From: a virus
Virus record (IMG/VR): IMGVR_UViG_3300038412_000061
Location: 31,950-95,949 of that record
DNA length: 64,000 nt
Direction: 5' to 3' (one strand)
A model generated the notes under the pieces. It was not told the origin of the DNA, made no database searches, and saw only the letters and a program-made list of their open reading frames with translations. The position numbers and the translations under genes were made by a program. This document shows positions 1 to 8,909 of this stretch, in pieces. Position 1 is the stretch's first letter, and each line of letters starts with the position of its first letter.

Positions 1-546
1 AACGATGCGCACAACGATGCCAATGTACCTGCTTCTGGTACCACTGCTGGTCTTTCGACTTACTCAACCGCAGTATCACAGACCTACAGCGCCTCCGACC
101 GTGGCAACCTCAACTCTGCTGGAGTCAATGTTATCCGACTGGTCCCGAACATCAATGTAATCGCAATGTACGGCAACCGTAGTCTTTCGTTCGCTCCTGC
201 ATTCCAGGGCCTTAACAACGTCCGATTCCGTATGCAGATCACGCGCGACCTCGACTCAATCGGTGAGTCGTTCGTCTTCGATGAGATCGACGGAAAGGGC
301 CAGCTGTTCAGCTTCTTCAATGGAGCCATAACCGGCCAGCTGAATGACTACTGGTCACGCGGCTCCCTATACGGGCTGAGCGCCGATGAGGCATTCTTCG
401 TGGACACTGGTGAGTCTGTCAACACGCCAAGCACGATTGCCAACGGACAGATCATCGCCAGCGTTGGCGTGAAGATGTCTCCGCAGGCAGAATTCGTAAC
501 AATCAACATCACCAAGTACTCGGTTGCTGCCAACCTTCCGGCTTAA
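1..546 (+). CDS. contractile tail sheath protein, C-terminal part (5' truncated by window)
   Basis: Frame 1 open from base 1; LNSAGVNVIR...YGNRSL...LNNVRFR...FVFDEID sheath C-terminal motifs; precedes tube gene. Confidence 0.88.
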   Translation, partial: NDAHNDANVPASGTTAGLSTYSTAVSQTYSASDRGNLNSAGVNVIRLVPNINVIAMYGNRSLSFAPAFQGLNNVRFRMQITRDLDSIGESFVFDEIDGKGQLFSFFNGAITGQLNDYWSRGSLYGLSADEAFFVDTGESVNTPSTIANGQIIASVGVKMSPQAEFVTINITKYSVAANLPA

Positions 547-586
547 TCGATCCCAACAACACTTTCTAAATTCATAGGAGAATTCA

Positions 587-1048
587 ATGGCTGATAACCT
601 ATTCAGTGCTTACGGATCTGAGCAGCAGTGGATTCCACATCTTACGGTGATCTCGCCGTTCAAGACTGGTATCACGGCAGGCAAGACCTACAAAGTACAG
701 TTCGACAAGTTCTCAGGTGGCGACGTTACAGCGAACCCGCCTAAGCACCGCCCTTCTGGCATGGGAGACGAAATCTCGTACGCCGCACTTCCTGTCTACT
801 CTGACGTTATGGTGACAAAGGCGTTCGAACAGGCTGACCTAGCAACACAGACGGCATTGCGCCTTCTCGCTGGGCGAGCTCAAGCAATCGTCACACTTGT
901 ACCTCTCGATGACACTGGTGTCGCGTGGGGCAACAACCGTGTGTACACAGGCCGACTTGCTGTAGTCAAGGACGGAGTCACGGACTCGAATTCGAGCGCT
1001 GTTCGAACTTGGGACGTTTCTATCTCAGTGGAAACCATCAGCGGTTAA
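587..1048 (+). CDS. tail tube protein
   Basis: 153 aa directly after sheath; FDKFSGG...YSDVMVTK pattern of gp19-like tubes; AGGAG RBS. Confidence 0.78.
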   Translation: MADNLFSAYGSEQQWIPHLTVISPFKTGITAGKTYKVQFDKFSGGDVTANPPKHRPSGMGDEISYAALPVYSDVMVTKAFEQADLATQTALRLLAGRAQAIVTLVPLDDTGVAWGNNRVYTGRLAVVKDGVTDSNSSAVRTWDVSISVETISG

Positions 1049-1076
1049 TCCACAAACCTAAAACCATTGGAGGAAT

Positions 1077-1634
1077 ATGGTTGATTTCAATATTGAGGGT
1101 AACGACACGTCTTTGGACGAGAGCAAAGATGTTGTGTTCGAAGCGTCCGCTCCAGCTGTGGACAAGAGCACACCTCTGTTCTCGCTGAAGAACCGCCGTG
1201 CCGAGATTCTCAAGACTCTCTACATCGATCTTCGCGTTCCGCGCTACGACGAGCCTGAGGTATGGGTTCGATTCAAGCCTGTCAACACCGTTCACATGAA
1301 CGCTGTTCTGGAAAAGCGTCGTAAGTCCAAGGAACCCGACTGGGGCCTGAAAGCAAACGCAGAAGTTCTTATCAACTCTTGCATCGGCATCTACGCAATG
1401 TTCCCAGAGGACACCAATGCGAAGTACTCTTTGCGCGAGGGAGACCCTCTGGGGGAGTGGACCAAGTTCGATACCGCACTGGCAAAGGCTCTGGACATCA
1501 CACCCGATGACCATGACTCCGCTACATCTGTGGTTCGTTCATTCTACATGGCCGATGGTGACCTTGTGGACACTACCGAACGTCTTTTGAAGTGGTCCAA
1601 CATCTCCAACAACGAGGCCGACACAGTTTTTTAG
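1077..1634 (+). CDS. tail assembly chaperone (gpG-like)
   Basis: Between tube and tape measure; ends GTT TTT TAG; GGAGG RBS. Confidence 0.75.
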   Translation: MVDFNIEGNDTSLDESKDVVFEASAPAVDKSTPLFSLKNRRAEILKTLYIDLRVPRYDEPEVWVRFKPVNTVHMNAVLEKRRKSKEPDWGLKANAEVLINSCIGIYAMFPEDTNAKYSLREGDPLGEWTKFDTALAKALDITPDDHDSATSVVRSFYMADGDLVDTTERLLKWSNISNNEADTVF

Positions 1635-1858
1635 AAGCCCTGAGCAAGGAACCATACGTTGAGCAAGCGGCTTACGCACTCATGGCGGGTATGGACCCAC
1701 TTCAGCTTCTAGACCAGGGCGTAGAAGAACACTTAATCAGCATAGCGATCCTAAACAAGTCGCTCGAAATCGGAAGCAAGAACAAGGTTGAGGAGTTCAA
1801 AATACTTTCTCAATTGACTGCCTACGAGCTGGCTAAGATACTCGTTAAAATACTCTAA
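1628..1858 (+). CDS. tail assembly chaperone gpT-like extension (-1 frameshift product)
   Basis: -1 frame open across the GTTTTTT run at 1626-1632; no good RBS of its own. Confidence 0.65.
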   Translation, partial: FLEALSKEPYVEQAAYALMAGMDPLQLLDQGVEEHLISIAILNKSLEIGSKNKVEEFKILSQLTAYELAKILVKIL

Positions 1859-1894
1859 CCCAATACCGTCTTAATATCCATAGGCGGCGAGAGA

Positions 1895-1927
1895 CCGCTA
1901 CCCTTCGGGGTGGCGGCTTTCTTGTTT
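1895..1927 (+). terminator. intrinsic terminator-like hairpin before tape measure
   Basis: CCGCTACCC-TTCG-GGGTGGCGG followed by CTTTCTTGTTT. Confidence 0.7.
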
Positions 1928-1937
1928 AAGGAACAAA

Positions 1938-4900
1938 ATGTCAAACGTAGGGCCAGATGGCGTTGTAGTACCAATTGTAGTGGATACAGGTGATTCTGCG
2001 CAGCAGATCACCACCACCGATGACGCCATCAAGGGCTTGGCGGACAGCGCCAAGGGTGCCGATGCTGCCCTCATAGGACTCGCAGATGCCAACGACATAG
2101 TCGTAATCTCAACCGACAGAGTAACAAAGGCACTCCTTCGAAAGAGGGCAGCTGCTGGGGAGGACGTTAGCGAAGCGAAAGCTCAGGTAGCGGCACAGGA
2201 AGACGTTGCAGCCGCGACCGACGCTGCAGCCGCGTCTGCAGACAGAAATGTCGCTGCTCTAGACGCTGAGGCTGCCGCATACGCTCGTACTGAGGCTGCG
2301 GCTATGACGATGGCTGCCACCCAGGAAGAGGTTGCTGCCAATGTGGCAGCTGCCAATGCTGCTCTTGGGTCTACGTATGCCGGAATGAGCAAGCTAGAGA
2401 TGCTCGGCACACCAGCACTGATGAAGGCAGCTACGTGGTCGGTTTTGGGTGTCGGTGGCATCGCTTACGAAGGCATCAAGCAGTACATGAACTTCAACAA
2501 GCTGATTACCCAGACTATCACCCAGGCCGGACAGCCAGCCAGCAACATGGGATACCTGACCAACATGACCGAGAGCATCTCCAAGATGACTGGTGTTGGC
2601 CTTACGGATGTAGCTAACAACCTGTACCGTGTAGCTTCCGGTACCGCCTCATGGAACAACGGTCTCGGCGCAACCAAAAAGCAGCTCGCGGACATCGTGA
2701 CATCTGTGACTAAGCTGCAGGTTCTTGGGAACGTGCCAGCCGGTGCAGCATCAGAGCAGGCCGCTCGTGTTATCACCGCTCTTGTCAACTCCAACATCGT
2801 CGGTGTGGGTAGAAACCCCGATAAAGCTGCTGCTCTAATCAACGCTGCCGTTGGTTCTGGTGACATGCGCCTTAATGACTTGGTTCCTGGTATCGGACGT
2901 GGCGTTCTGCAATCTGCCAAGGCTAACGGCTTGAGCGCCCAGGACATGCTTTCGTGGATTGCCCTCCAGACGTCTATGGGTACTACAGCCAACGTTGCTG
3001 GTAACTACGTTAAGACAGGTATAAACCTTTTGGCCAACCCGTCTGCGCAGGGAGTTCTGGCAGAAGCGATGATTGGTATCAAGCCTGGTGAAATGCAGGG
3101 CATCATGTCAGGCCCCGGTGGCCTACAACAAGCCGTGGAGGTGTTCGACAACGCCATCAAGCACTTTGCTCCAGCATCCGGCATGGTGTCGTACCGAACT
3201 CCCGAAGGTTTTCCTCGACCACAGTCCCCAGGAATCATTGGTGCCATCAACAAACTGCAGACATGGATGGTCGGGGAGATGAACCCCACCGTTTTGAAGC
3301 AGTGGGAGCATGGTGGAAGCGCGGCCTCTGGTGGGCTTACCGCCAAGAACCTTCAATGGGTGCAGGACTTGATCATGACCAAGGCGTTTGGTGGGTCAAA
3401 GCAGTTCGCCACCCTTGCTGCTATTTTGAAGAACCCTCAGCTTCTTTCTGGTATCGAGTCATCAATCCAAAACAAATCATCTCTTTCGTATTTCAACTCA
3501 TCGTACGGAATCGCAGCAATGACTCCTTCTCAGCGCTTCCACAAGGACCTAGCGTCAATTGAGGTTGACCTTGTAAAGGCTGGACAGGCTCTTTACCCAA
3601 TTACTATCAAGCTAGTTGACGGGTTCACTTGGTTCGTTGGAAAGCTTGTTTCCTGGAAGCCAGCTCTATTCGAGATCGGCGCCGCCATGCTAGCCATTGT
3701 AGGGTTCGCCGCATTGGTAAAGGCGGCGTCTATTGGGAAAAGTGCCATGGCGCTTTACGGTGGAATACTGACGAAGTTCGACCCTCAGGGCACGAACATG
3801 ATGCACTTCAGAAATGCCTACCAGTACCAGTCCGTTGGGACGATGGCAGACATAGGGGAGCAGGTCAGAAAGGCTGGCATCGCCACCCAAGAACAAATAA
3901 AGGTTGAGGGAACGGGTATCGAGGCAGCCGTTCGAGATGTTGGCACCGCCGAGGTTACTGCTCTGAATGAAGTGCGTGACATGATCGCTGCAGGGTCTGG
4001 CCTCAAGGGTGGCACTCCTGGTGGTGGCTCATTGATCAACCGTACCGCAGCTGGGGGCTCTTCGACAGAGTCAACTATAGTGGCAGGAGAGGCGGCGTCC
4101 GCGTCCAGAACGACACTTCTTCGTGACCCGGTAACGGGAAGGATGATGAGCGCAGAGGCTAGTGCAGCCGCCATGTCTCAGGAGGCCAATGCCGCCAGTC
4201 TAGCGGCTTACTATGGTTACAATGATCGACGTTTTCAGGCAGTTAACCCGGTAACTGGTGCTTTTATGGGAGACGCGCAGGTAAGCGCCCGTGCATCTAG
4301 AATTGCAGAAATAAGCAATCTTGAGGCCATGGGGGCTGCGCAGAACGCTTCCATCAACAGTTCAATGGCGAGCATAGCTGCGAGAGGAGCTGGCCGTAGC
4401 ACTGGGTACCCAGGTTACAGTGGTCCGATGCCTTACGTGCTCCCTTCTGACGGATGGTCTGGTGCAGCAAAAGAGATGTCATCCGTTGTGCCTACCGTGG
4501 CTTCAGACGTATCAAAGGTCGGCATCCTGTCTAGGATAGGGTCGCTTGGAGCGAGCGCGCTCGATCTGGTCGGCGGTCCCGTTGGAATAGCAATGCTTGT
4601 GGCCACTGTGATGCCGCTTGCAATGCCATACATGATCCATGGGATAAGCGCTCTTGGTGGTGTCATAGGGAGATGGCTTTCTGGCTCATCAACCCCGCAA
4701 GTCTTGAAGGTGCCAACCGTAGATGCATATTCACGTACTCAGTCTCAATTAAGCTCTTCAATCTCCTCTTACCAAAAGCAGATAGCAACCATGAATAAGG
4801 GGGGATTCAACTACGCAACCGCGACCCCAGACCAGCTGGCACGTTACTTTAATCTCCACGGCGCCCTAAGCTCAACTGAGATGGCATTGAAGAACCTCTC

Positions 4901-5807
4901 TCCAGCCGCTCAGATGAAGGAGTTCAAGGCGGCCTGGTCAAGGTCCAACGACCCACAGATGAATGCTCTGATGGGGCTTACTTCTACTGGGTCGTCCTTG
5001 TTCAGCGAACTTGGGACTTCATCTAACCTTTCAACTGCGTGGTTGCCAAATGGTGGTTCATCAAGACTGATAAGTGCCTTCAGGGGATACAATGGGCCAG
5101 GAGCCGCCGTCATACACGCCATGCTAGCCGGTACCAGGGGGCTGAACAAGAAGTACAGCTACTTGCAGAATGCTTCTCCACGCCAAGTTGACACATTGAT
5201 AAATTCCACGCTGTCCGGAATCTTCTCTGGAGCTCAAAGAGAACTGTCAACACCAGAGGCCGTCGCCGCACTCCAGGGCAACAAGATCATCCCTGACTTC
5301 GCCGGATACATGGCTGCTGAGGGGAAGATAAGATCCCAGGCAAACTACGGAAACCTAGCCCAGTCTCTCACTCTCAAGGGTCTGACGACAAAGAACTACA
5401 AGCAGCGCTATGGCTCAGCTGAAGGAATTTCGGCAGCTCTGTCAGGAATCGCAGTGTCCGACATGATAAGAAGCAAGGCCCCCGGCACCAGCTCCGCAAC
5501 CGCAGAACTTTACAGGGCTGCTTCTAAGAGAGCCCTTGAAGAGGCGCAAGCCTTCGATGTGCTGAGGAACGAGATGGCCAACAAGCTAAATGGCCAGAAG
5601 CTCGATAAGGGGAGCATGAAGGACCTTGCCACAGAGATCACCAACCAGCAGAGAGACCTGTACAAGGCTCTTGGAATAAGCGCTGTTGACTTTGGCAAGG
5701 CATTTGCCAGTGCTCTTTCAAGCCAGTCGAGCACGCTAGCTTCAATGATAAACGCAGCCAACTCCCGTGTTAATGGGACTGGCGCCAAGCCACCAGCGCA
5801 CAGATAA
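1938..5807 (+). CDS. tape measure protein
   Basis: 1289 aa, Ala/Gly-rich helical; position after chaperone; TP901-like core (LINAAVGSGDMRLNDL, AFGGSKQFATLAAIL). Confidence 0.9.
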   Translation: MSNVGPDGVVVPIVVDTGDSAQQITTTDDAIKGLADSAKGADAALIGLADANDIVVISTDRVTKALLRKRAAAGEDVSEAKAQVAAQEDVAAATDAAAASADRNVAALDAEAAAYARTEAAAMTMAATQEEVAANVAAANAALGSTYAGMSKLEMLGTPALMKAATWSVLGVGGIAYEGIKQYMNFNKLITQTITQAGQPASNMGYLTNMTESISKMTGVGLTDVANNLYRVASGTASWNNGLGATKKQLADIVTSVTKLQVLGNVPAGAASEQAARVITALVNSNIVGVGRNPDKAAALINAAVGSGDMRLNDLVPGIGRGVLQSAKANGLSAQDMLSWIALQTSMGTTANVAGNYVKTGINLLANPSAQGVLAEAMIGIKPGEMQGIMSGPGGLQQAVEVFDNAIKHFAPASGMVSYRTPEGFPRPQSPGIIGAINKLQTWMVGEMNPTVLKQWEHGGSAASGGLTAKNLQWVQDLIMTKAFGGSKQFATLAAILKNPQLLSGIESSIQNKSSLSYFNSSYGIAAMTPSQRFHKDLASIEVDLVKAGQALYPITIKLVDGFTWFVGKLVSWKPALFEIGAAMLAIVGFAALVKAASIGKSAMALYGGILTKFDPQGTNMMHFRNAYQYQSVGTMADIGEQVRKAGIATQEQIKVEGTGIEAAVRDVGTAEVTALNEVRDMIAAGSGLKGGTPGGGSLINRTAAGGSSTESTIVAGEAASASRTTLLRDPVTGRMMSAEASAAAMSQEANAASLAAYYGYNDRRFQAVNPVTGAFMGDAQVSARASRIAEISNLEAMGAAQNASINSSMASIAARGAGRSTGYPGYSGPMPYVLPSDGWSGAAKEMSSVVPTVASDVSKVGILSRIGSLGASALDLVGGPVGIAMLVATVMPLAMPYMIHGISALGGVIGRWLSGSSTPQVLKVPTVDAYSRTQSQLSSSISSYQKQIATMNKGGFNYATATPDQLARYFNLHGALSSTEMALKNLSPAAQMKEFKAAWSRSNDPQMNALMGLTSTGSSLFSELGTSSNLSTAWLPNGGSSRLISAFRGYNGPGAAVIHAMLAGTRGLNKKYSYLQNASPRQVDTLINSTLSGIFSGAQRELSTPEAVAALQGNKIIPDFAGYMAAEGKIRSQANYGNLAQSLTLKGLTTKNYKQRYGSAEGISAALSGIAVSDMIRSKAPGTSSATAELYRAASKRALEEAQAFDVLRNEMANKLNGQKLDKGSMKDLATEITNQQRDLYKALGISAVDFGKAFASALSSQSSTLASMINAANSRVNGTGAKPPAHR

Positions 5808-5816
5808 GGATCACTG

Positions 5817-6581
5817 ATGGTATTCTCAGGCGGAACCCCCAACCCAACATACGTGCCACCGGCGATACAGCCGCCGTCGCGCAACCTAGTCCTCATCCCG
5901 TACTCCCCGAACAAGACGTACAAGCCAGTCTCAATTGGCATCGCGGGAATCGTTCCTCTTACACAGGTGACCGGGTCTGGGGGTTGGCAAATAGTGGACA
6001 GGCCAAGACGGGTTTCTGCGACTCAGTGGTACGACCGATCTCCATTCGAACTTGTCATACCTGGCATTCTCGATCAGTCTGTGACTAACTCTGCTACTTC
6101 TCCCTCTGAGGATGTAGCGCAGATGATTTCATGGATGGACGCCCCAGATGTGAATGCCACAGTGATACAGCCGCCAACTATAACGGTGCGTGGCCCTATC
6201 CTAGGAACCGAACTGACGTGGGTGGTATATTCGCTCAACATCAAGGACGCACTGAGGGACAAGTCCACGGGCGAGATAATCCAGCAGATGGTGGACATAA
6301 CGCTGTATGAGTACAACCCTCCTTTCCCATCGCTTCAGAGGAAGAGCCCAACGCAGACAGCCTCCAAGCTGAACAAGAGCTCATCGACAAAGAACTATGT
6401 AGTCAAGGCTGGGGACACTTTGGCCAAGATAGCTACGCAGCAGATGAAGGGCGTGGCGCTTTCGACAGCGGAATCGAAGATCATTGATGCTAACAGGAAC
6501 GACCCTGCTCTGAATATGAGAAGTCCTAACCAAATACTAACATCCCTTTTAGGTAAGACTATTAAGATACCGAGCAGCTAA
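5817..6581 (+). CDS. tail tube initiator / LysM-domain baseplate protein
   Basis: C-terminal LysM (YVVKAGDTLAKIA...IIDAN...IKIP); position after TMP. Confidence 0.8.
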   Translation: MVFSGGTPNPTYVPPAIQPPSRNLVLIPYSPNKTYKPVSIGIAGIVPLTQVTGSGGWQIVDRPRRVSATQWYDRSPFELVIPGILDQSVTNSATSPSEDVAQMISWMDAPDVNATVIQPPTITVRGPILGTELTWVVYSLNIKDALRDKSTGEIIQQMVDITLYEYNPPFPSLQRKSPTQTASKLNKSSSTKNYVVKAGDTLAKIATQQMKGVALSTAESKIIDANRNDPALNMRSPNQILTSLLGKTIKIPSS

Positions 6582-6583
6582 GA

Positions 6584-7720
6584 ATGGCATCCACGAAGTC
6601 AATACCCGCTACCAACAATTCCGCAAAGTCTTCAACAGGTGCGGCGCCACCGTCGCAGTCTTCTGTAACCGCACCCAACCCAAACGCGCTTCTATCCACG
6701 ATAGGGTTTGGGGCTCTTGACCTCAGCAACATAAAGTTCGTTGACCCATCTACGCACGTCTCTTCATCTGTGCCGGATGCTTACATAGATGCCATCACCG
6801 ACATCATCTATGAGAAGAATATGAACGGTGTAACGACGGTCACCATGCAGATGAACGACCCGACACGAGAGCTGTTGCGAACACTCGTCAAGAATGGCAC
6901 CGTTCTAACGTTAGTCGATGCTGGCAGAGAGGTGTCATTCGCCTTCACACAACAGACCAAGGCAGCTGATCAGCTTCAGCTAGCCTTCGAATCTATGACG
7001 GTACACCGCCTGTCAGGCCAGCGTAATCCTCCTGGTACCACCACGACTTACACCAGCACAGCTGTCACCGAGTTCATGGCCTCCCTGGTCCACGCGCTTA
7101 ATTACAGCGGTTCCCCGTACCCTACGGTCAACTTTGTGGCGCCCGACTATGCGACTACGTGGTCAGAGATCCGTGGCTTTCTGGGCTCCAAGCCGCTAGC
7201 GGTTGGGCTTGGGCGTGGAACAACGGTAGACCCGTTCGAGGACTCGTGGACATGTATGTCTCGCATTGCATCCACCATCGGCTGGCGTTTGTGGGAGAAC
7301 AACAACACCGTTTATTTTGGGCCAGATGAGTACTGGCTCGGAATCCTCAACAAGACTCCGCAGGGTATAGCACAACCCCCAGTGAATGTAGCCCTTGGGA
7401 CAACTGGCGTCAACATACCAATCATAGAAGAGTTCGGTGATGAGATAATGCTCGTTGACTTCGACTGGGACGTTAACAAGCCATACGCACAGGCCACCGT
7501 TACGTGCATGTTGGACAAGTGGTCATATGACATCGGTGAGATAGTGCAAACGAAGAATCTTGGACAAGGAGATGGGTACTGGATGGTGTACGACATGCAG
7601 CGAGACCTGTACAACCCTCAGGCCACAATGACGCTTCAGGTTCCGACACCTCATGCGCAACTGTACGAGCCAACCTCCCTCCCACTCCCCGGATTCCCCC
7701 TATCAGCGAAGTTGGTCTAA
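6584..7720 (+). CDS. baseplate hub protein (P2 gpD/Mu gp44-like)
   Basis: Synteny; EDSWTCMSRIASTIGWRLWENNNTVYFGP hub-like segment. Confidence 0.65.
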   Translation: MASTKSIPATNNSAKSSTGAAPPSQSSVTAPNPNALLSTIGFGALDLSNIKFVDPSTHVSSSVPDAYIDAITDIIYEKNMNGVTTVTMQMNDPTRELLRTLVKNGTVLTLVDAGREVSFAFTQQTKAADQLQLAFESMTVHRLSGQRNPPGTTTTYTSTAVTEFMASLVHALNYSGSPYPTVNFVAPDYATTWSEIRGFLGSKPLAVGLGRGTTVDPFEDSWTCMSRIASTIGWRLWENNNTVYFGPDEYWLGILNKTPQGIAQPPVNVALGTTGVNIPIIEEFGDEIMLVDFDWDVNKPYAQATVTCMLDKWSYDIGEIVQTKNLGQGDGYWMVYDMQRDLYNPQATMTLQVPTPHAQLYEPTSLPLPGFPLSAKLV

Positions 7721-8137
7721 ATGGGCAGAAGTAATTCTTCATCCACGCTACTGCAGCATAACCTTAAATCGATGTTTGGCGTTTTGTCAGACGCTCCTCA
7801 GATTAACGGCATTTACTACGGTACCGTTCTGCAGACACACGTTTCCATTGGTCTCGGGGCATCCTCGCCAATACCCGCTGGAATGATGACTGTCAACATT
7901 CCCACCCTTGGCGTTAACTACGTGTCAGACCCAGTTCCATACCCTGGGACGGTTGCACCGGCACCTGGCACCCAGGTTGCGGTTGGGTTCGACGCCGCCT
8001 CCAACCCAGTGGTCCTGGCCATGTACAACAACCCGCCTGGAGTTAGTGGGACGGTTACATTGGCATCACTGGGCACTCACGCTGGTTCACTAACCTTTGT
8101 GGATGGCATCATAACCGCGTTCACAGCACCCGCCTAA
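7721..8137 (+). CDS. baseplate spike (gpV-like OB fold)
   Basis: IYYGTV...VNIP...PAPGTQVAVGF...PVVL pattern; synteny. Confidence 0.6.
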   Translation: MGRSNSSSTLLQHNLKSMFGVLSDAPQINGIYYGTVLQTHVSIGLGASSPIPAGMMTVNIPTLGVNYVSDPVPYPGTVAPAPGTQVAVGFDAASNPVVLAMYNNPPGVSGTVTLASLGTHAGSLTFVDGIITAFTAPA

Positions 8138-8141
8138 ACAC

Positions 8142-8170
8142 TTGCTTTTTTGACAATCGTATGGTAAGAT
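8142..8170 (+). promoter_or_regulatory. sigma70/SigA-type promoter
   Basis: TTGCTT-17 nt-TAAGAT with TG extension, in intergenic gap. Confidence 0.5.
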
Positions 8171-8196
8171 CATAAGAAGACTGGACCTTTACGCCC

Positions 8197-8907
8197 ATGG
8201 CGCAACCCATCACAAATCTAACTGCTGACTGGATGCCGTCCATGGGGATTCTACTCCAGTGGACAGCGGCCACAGACGCTACCAATGAGTCTGTTTACGA
8301 GATTTACGTCCTCCAAGACGTGCTGTCTCACTCGCCATCGTGGAACCTTGTCGGACAAGGGCTTCCGTACGTCGTGCCATCCACGTCCCCCGGCACTTCC
8401 GCACCCGTCTTCCTTACGGTTGTAGCCCCTGCGACAGACTTCACTTTTTCCCAGTCTTCCATCGACGCCATAATGGGACCTGGATCAACTGTAGCTCCAG
8501 ACTCTTTGGCTTTTTCGATCATACACGTTGACGCCACTGGCGCTTCAAGCACCGCACTGAGTGTTTCGGCATTCAAGCCTTCACAGAATGTCACCTACGG
8601 AGTACCTCACTTCAAGAACGAGGTGTCACTTGATTCGTTTGGGCAATTCCGCGTCAACCCACAAGACTCGTACGGTGATATTGCGTCCAACGCCGAGATG
8701 TTTCTTGGGACTCTACCTGGCCAGAGAGACATGGTCCCTGACTACGGAGTTCCTGATTTGCCCTTCAGCGAGTTGGACATCATCAAGATAACAAACGATT
8801 TGAACTTTTACGATGACAGAGCGAACGCCATCATCTCTGTGCAGGTAGACGATTATGACAACGCAACCTTGAGCGTCAAGGTTCAGGGTGGACAGGGCGG
8901 AGTGTAA
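8197..8907 (+). CDS. baseplate wedge gp25/gpW-like protein with N-terminal FN3-like domain
   Basis: LGTLPGQRDMVPDYG gp25-like motif in C-terminal part. Confidence 0.7.
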   Translation: MAQPITNLTADWMPSMGILLQWTAATDATNESVYEIYVLQDVLSHSPSWNLVGQGLPYVVPSTSPGTSAPVFLTVVAPATDFTFSQSSIDAIMGPGSTVAPDSLAFSIIHVDATGASSTALSVSAFKPSQNVTYGVPHFKNEVSLDSFGQFRVNPQDSYGDIASNAEMFLGTLPGQRDMVPDYGVPDLPFSELDIIKITNDLNFYDDRANAIISVQVDDYDNATLSVKVQGGQGGV

Positions 8908-8909
8908 AG

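Noticed and set aside
2183-5941. Long minus-strand ORFs within tape measure (and other structural genes)
   Set aside because: Antisense shadows of GC-rich coding sequence; no RBS or motifs
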